From positions 15,495 to 79,494 of the forward strand of contig JAFGWM010000053.1 of NCBI GenBank assembly GCA_016937155.1: a stretch of DNA of 64,000 nucleotides, read 5' to 3'. A program made the position numbers and the translations under genes. Below are positions 62,532 through 64,000 of the stretch, in pieces (position 1 is the stretch's first letter; the number at the start of each line of letters is the position of its first letter). The notes under the pieces are model-generated. The model worked only from the letters and a program-made list of their open reading frames with translations, ran no database searches and was not told the DNA's origin. The DNA is from Deltaproteobacteria bacterium (lineage in GTDB: Bacteria; Myxococcota_A; Polyangia; HGW-17).

Positions 62532-63806
62532 ATGCTTGCATTTATTCCCATTACTTTTGTAATTATATTTTTCTTTATTTTTTCCCTGTTTTTCCTTAGG
62601 AGTCTGGGAAGTTATGAGAAAAATTTTATTATAAAAACACTTTTTATTGCCCTGATTCTGAGGATGGGGATCTCATTTCTCTATATCGAAGTAATGAATC
62701 GTCCTGAGCTCACAGGGCCTGATTGTTTTGGATATATAAGAGGCGGATACTCCATTTCCAATTCCTGGAAAAATCTTGACTTTGATAAAAAATACCATCC
62801 CAAATATACACCAAGAACCCACACAGGATACCAGTATATTACAGCCAGTTTTTATCTTTTATTTGGCACTGCTCTTTCCACACCAGCCTATTTCAACGCA
62901 CTTATGGGAATTATGATCATCATGATTCTGGCAAAACTTTTCTTGGAAATATTTGCATGGGGGATTGTCAGATTCTTTATTCTGTCCATGGCCTTTTACC
63001 CTTCAATAATCATCTGGAACAGTGCAATTCTGAAAGATACGTCCATACTTTTTTTGGCCATTGTGGCTTTTTATGGATATTTCCAGTTCATGTATAAGAG
63101 GAGTTTTAATCATCTGGTATGGGCCATTCTCCCACTTTTCCCATTATTTTTCATCAGATTTTACATAACCATGGTTATTCTGGCAGTCTATCTTTTCAGT
63201 GCTTTAATATCATTCGGAAACTTTAGCATAAAAAGAATTTTTCAAACTATGCTGGTCGCTCTTTCTGTTATGGCGTTATTACTAGTCTTCGGACTTGGAG
63301 GCGAAGTATCCACTGTAATGGAAAATCAGGCAAATGTTGAAACTTTAAATAAACATCAACGAAATCTTGGCATTGGGAAAACAGAACTTTATGAGGATCA
63401 ACACTACAACAATGTCGGTGATATTGTTAAATATTTTCCAATACGTCTGATTCACTTCCTGTTTTCGCCATTTCCATGGCAGATAGTATCTGTAAACAGT
63501 GCCTTAGGTGCAGTGGAAGTTCCCTTACTCTGGTTTCTCGGGGTTTACTTCATTATTGGTTTAAAATTTTGCCTGCTGCATCCCAAAGCAAGATCTTTTT
63601 TGCCGATAATAATTTATGCTGCATTTTTAACAGCCCTTTATACCATTGTGGAAAGCAACATTGGCACAATTTACCGAATGCGTTATCAGATAATTCCATT
63701 TTATTTTATTCTTTCAGGAGTTGGCCTCGCAGTTAATAGGGCGAAAAAACTTGCTATTGACACCGACTTCATACTATCTGAAAGGATGAGGAAACATTTT
63801 TCATGA
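62532..63806 (+). CDS. Polytopic membrane protein, polysaccharide-assembly candidate (polymerase / GT-C-like)
   Basis: 424 aa, more than 10 TM. ATGA-coupled to a Wzz-type gene. Context-level call only. Confidence 0.4.
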   Translation: MLAFIPITFVIIFFFIFSLFFLRSLGSYEKNFIIKTLFIALILRMGISFLYIEVMNRPELTGPDCFGYIRGGYSISNSWKNLDFDKKYHPKYTPRTHTGYQYITASFYLLFGTALSTPAYFNALMGIMIIMILAKLFLEIFAWGIVRFFILSMAFYPSIIIWNSAILKDTSILFLAIVAFYGYFQFMYKRSFNHLVWAILPLFPLFFIRFYITMVILAVYLFSALISFGNFSIKRIFQTMLVALSVMALLLVFGLGGEVSTVMENQANVETLNKHQRNLGIGKTELYEDQHYNNVGDIVKYFPIRLIHFLFSPFPWQIVSVNSALGAVEVPLLWFLGVYFIIGLKFCLLHPKARSFLPIIIYAAFLTALYTIVESNIGTIYRMRYQIIPFYFILSGVGLAVNRAKKLAIDTDFILSERMRKHFS

Positions 63807-64000
63807 CTATGAATTCACCAGGGCCCTTTGATGCTCCTTCAGTTTCAACCAGAGAAAAGGGACAGACTGATTTAAAAAGAGCCATTCATATTATTCAGAA
63901 ATATTTCTGGATTGTTGTTCTTTTCGCTACGTCTGGAACAGCGCTAAGCTACCTGATTACTAAACGTCAGACTCCTTTATACAGAACTCATGCAACTGTA
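63803..64000 (+). CDS. Polysaccharide chain-length determinant (Wzz/GumC-type) protein, 5' fragment truncated by the window end
   Basis: 66 codons. Cytoplasmic head, then TM (YFWIVVLFATSGTALSYLI) followed by the Wzz-typical PLY(R/E)(T/A).A.(V/I). Confidence 0.6.
   Translation, partial: MTMNSPGPFDAPSVSTREKGQTDLKRAIHIIQKYFWIVVLFATSGTALSYLITKRQTPLYRTHATV

Noticed and set aside
62532-63806. 424-aa membrane protein next to the Wzz-type gene, considered as an exosortase-like enzyme for the C-terminal tails
   Set aside because: The tails are not PEP-CTERM, and I saw no conserved exosortase Cys/Arg/His motif arrangement. A polysaccharide polymerase or GT-C role fits the context better.
1-64000. Scan for CRISPR arrays, tRNA/rRNA/tmRNA genes, IS elements, integrases, phage or toxin-antitoxin modules
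   Set aside because: There are no direct-repeat/spacer arrays. No intergenic region (all at most ~315 bp and AT-rich) has tRNA-like GC-rich stems. No transposase, integrase or RT-like ORFs appear in the six-frame track.

Overview
AT-rich bacterial chromosomal window (roughly 40% GC by eye) holding about 56 protein-coding genes. I found no rRNA, tRNA, CRISPR array, transposase, integrase or phage genes.

Housekeeping genes: thiG-thiH, tolQ-tolR-tolA-tolB (no pal), rplS with an RNase II/R-family gene, rnhB, an HU-like protein, an MltD-like lytic transglycosylase, a POT peptide transporter, an Ldh_2-family dehydrogenase, mlaE, an ABC-F ATPase, a Dtd-HD fusion with dus, and a Nudix hydrolase.

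The accessory content looks myxobacterial or former-deltaproteobacterial:
- a 1075-aa Ser/Thr kinase
- a sigma54-dependent PilR-like response regulator next to a sigma54-type promoter and two tandem type IV pilin genes, plus a third, non-canonical pilin paralog elsewhere
- a histidine kinase / REC-HDOD / REC-degenerate-HD-GYP operon
- a 12-copy Myxococcus-type cysteine-rich repeat lipoprotein
- the 5' edge of a polysaccharide (Wzz-type) locus

The most interesting signal is a set of five large secreted enzymes: two tandem HExxH metalloproteases, two trypsin-like proteases with Cys/Asp-rich repeat arrays, and one amidase-like protein. All five end in the same tripartite tail, a Gly-Cys-Ser-Cys box followed by a hydrophobic helix and a basic cluster. 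This resembles the MYXO-CTERM sorting signal, and no candidate sorting enzyme is present in the window.

All functional calls come from motif reading of the supplied translations. No database search was possible.
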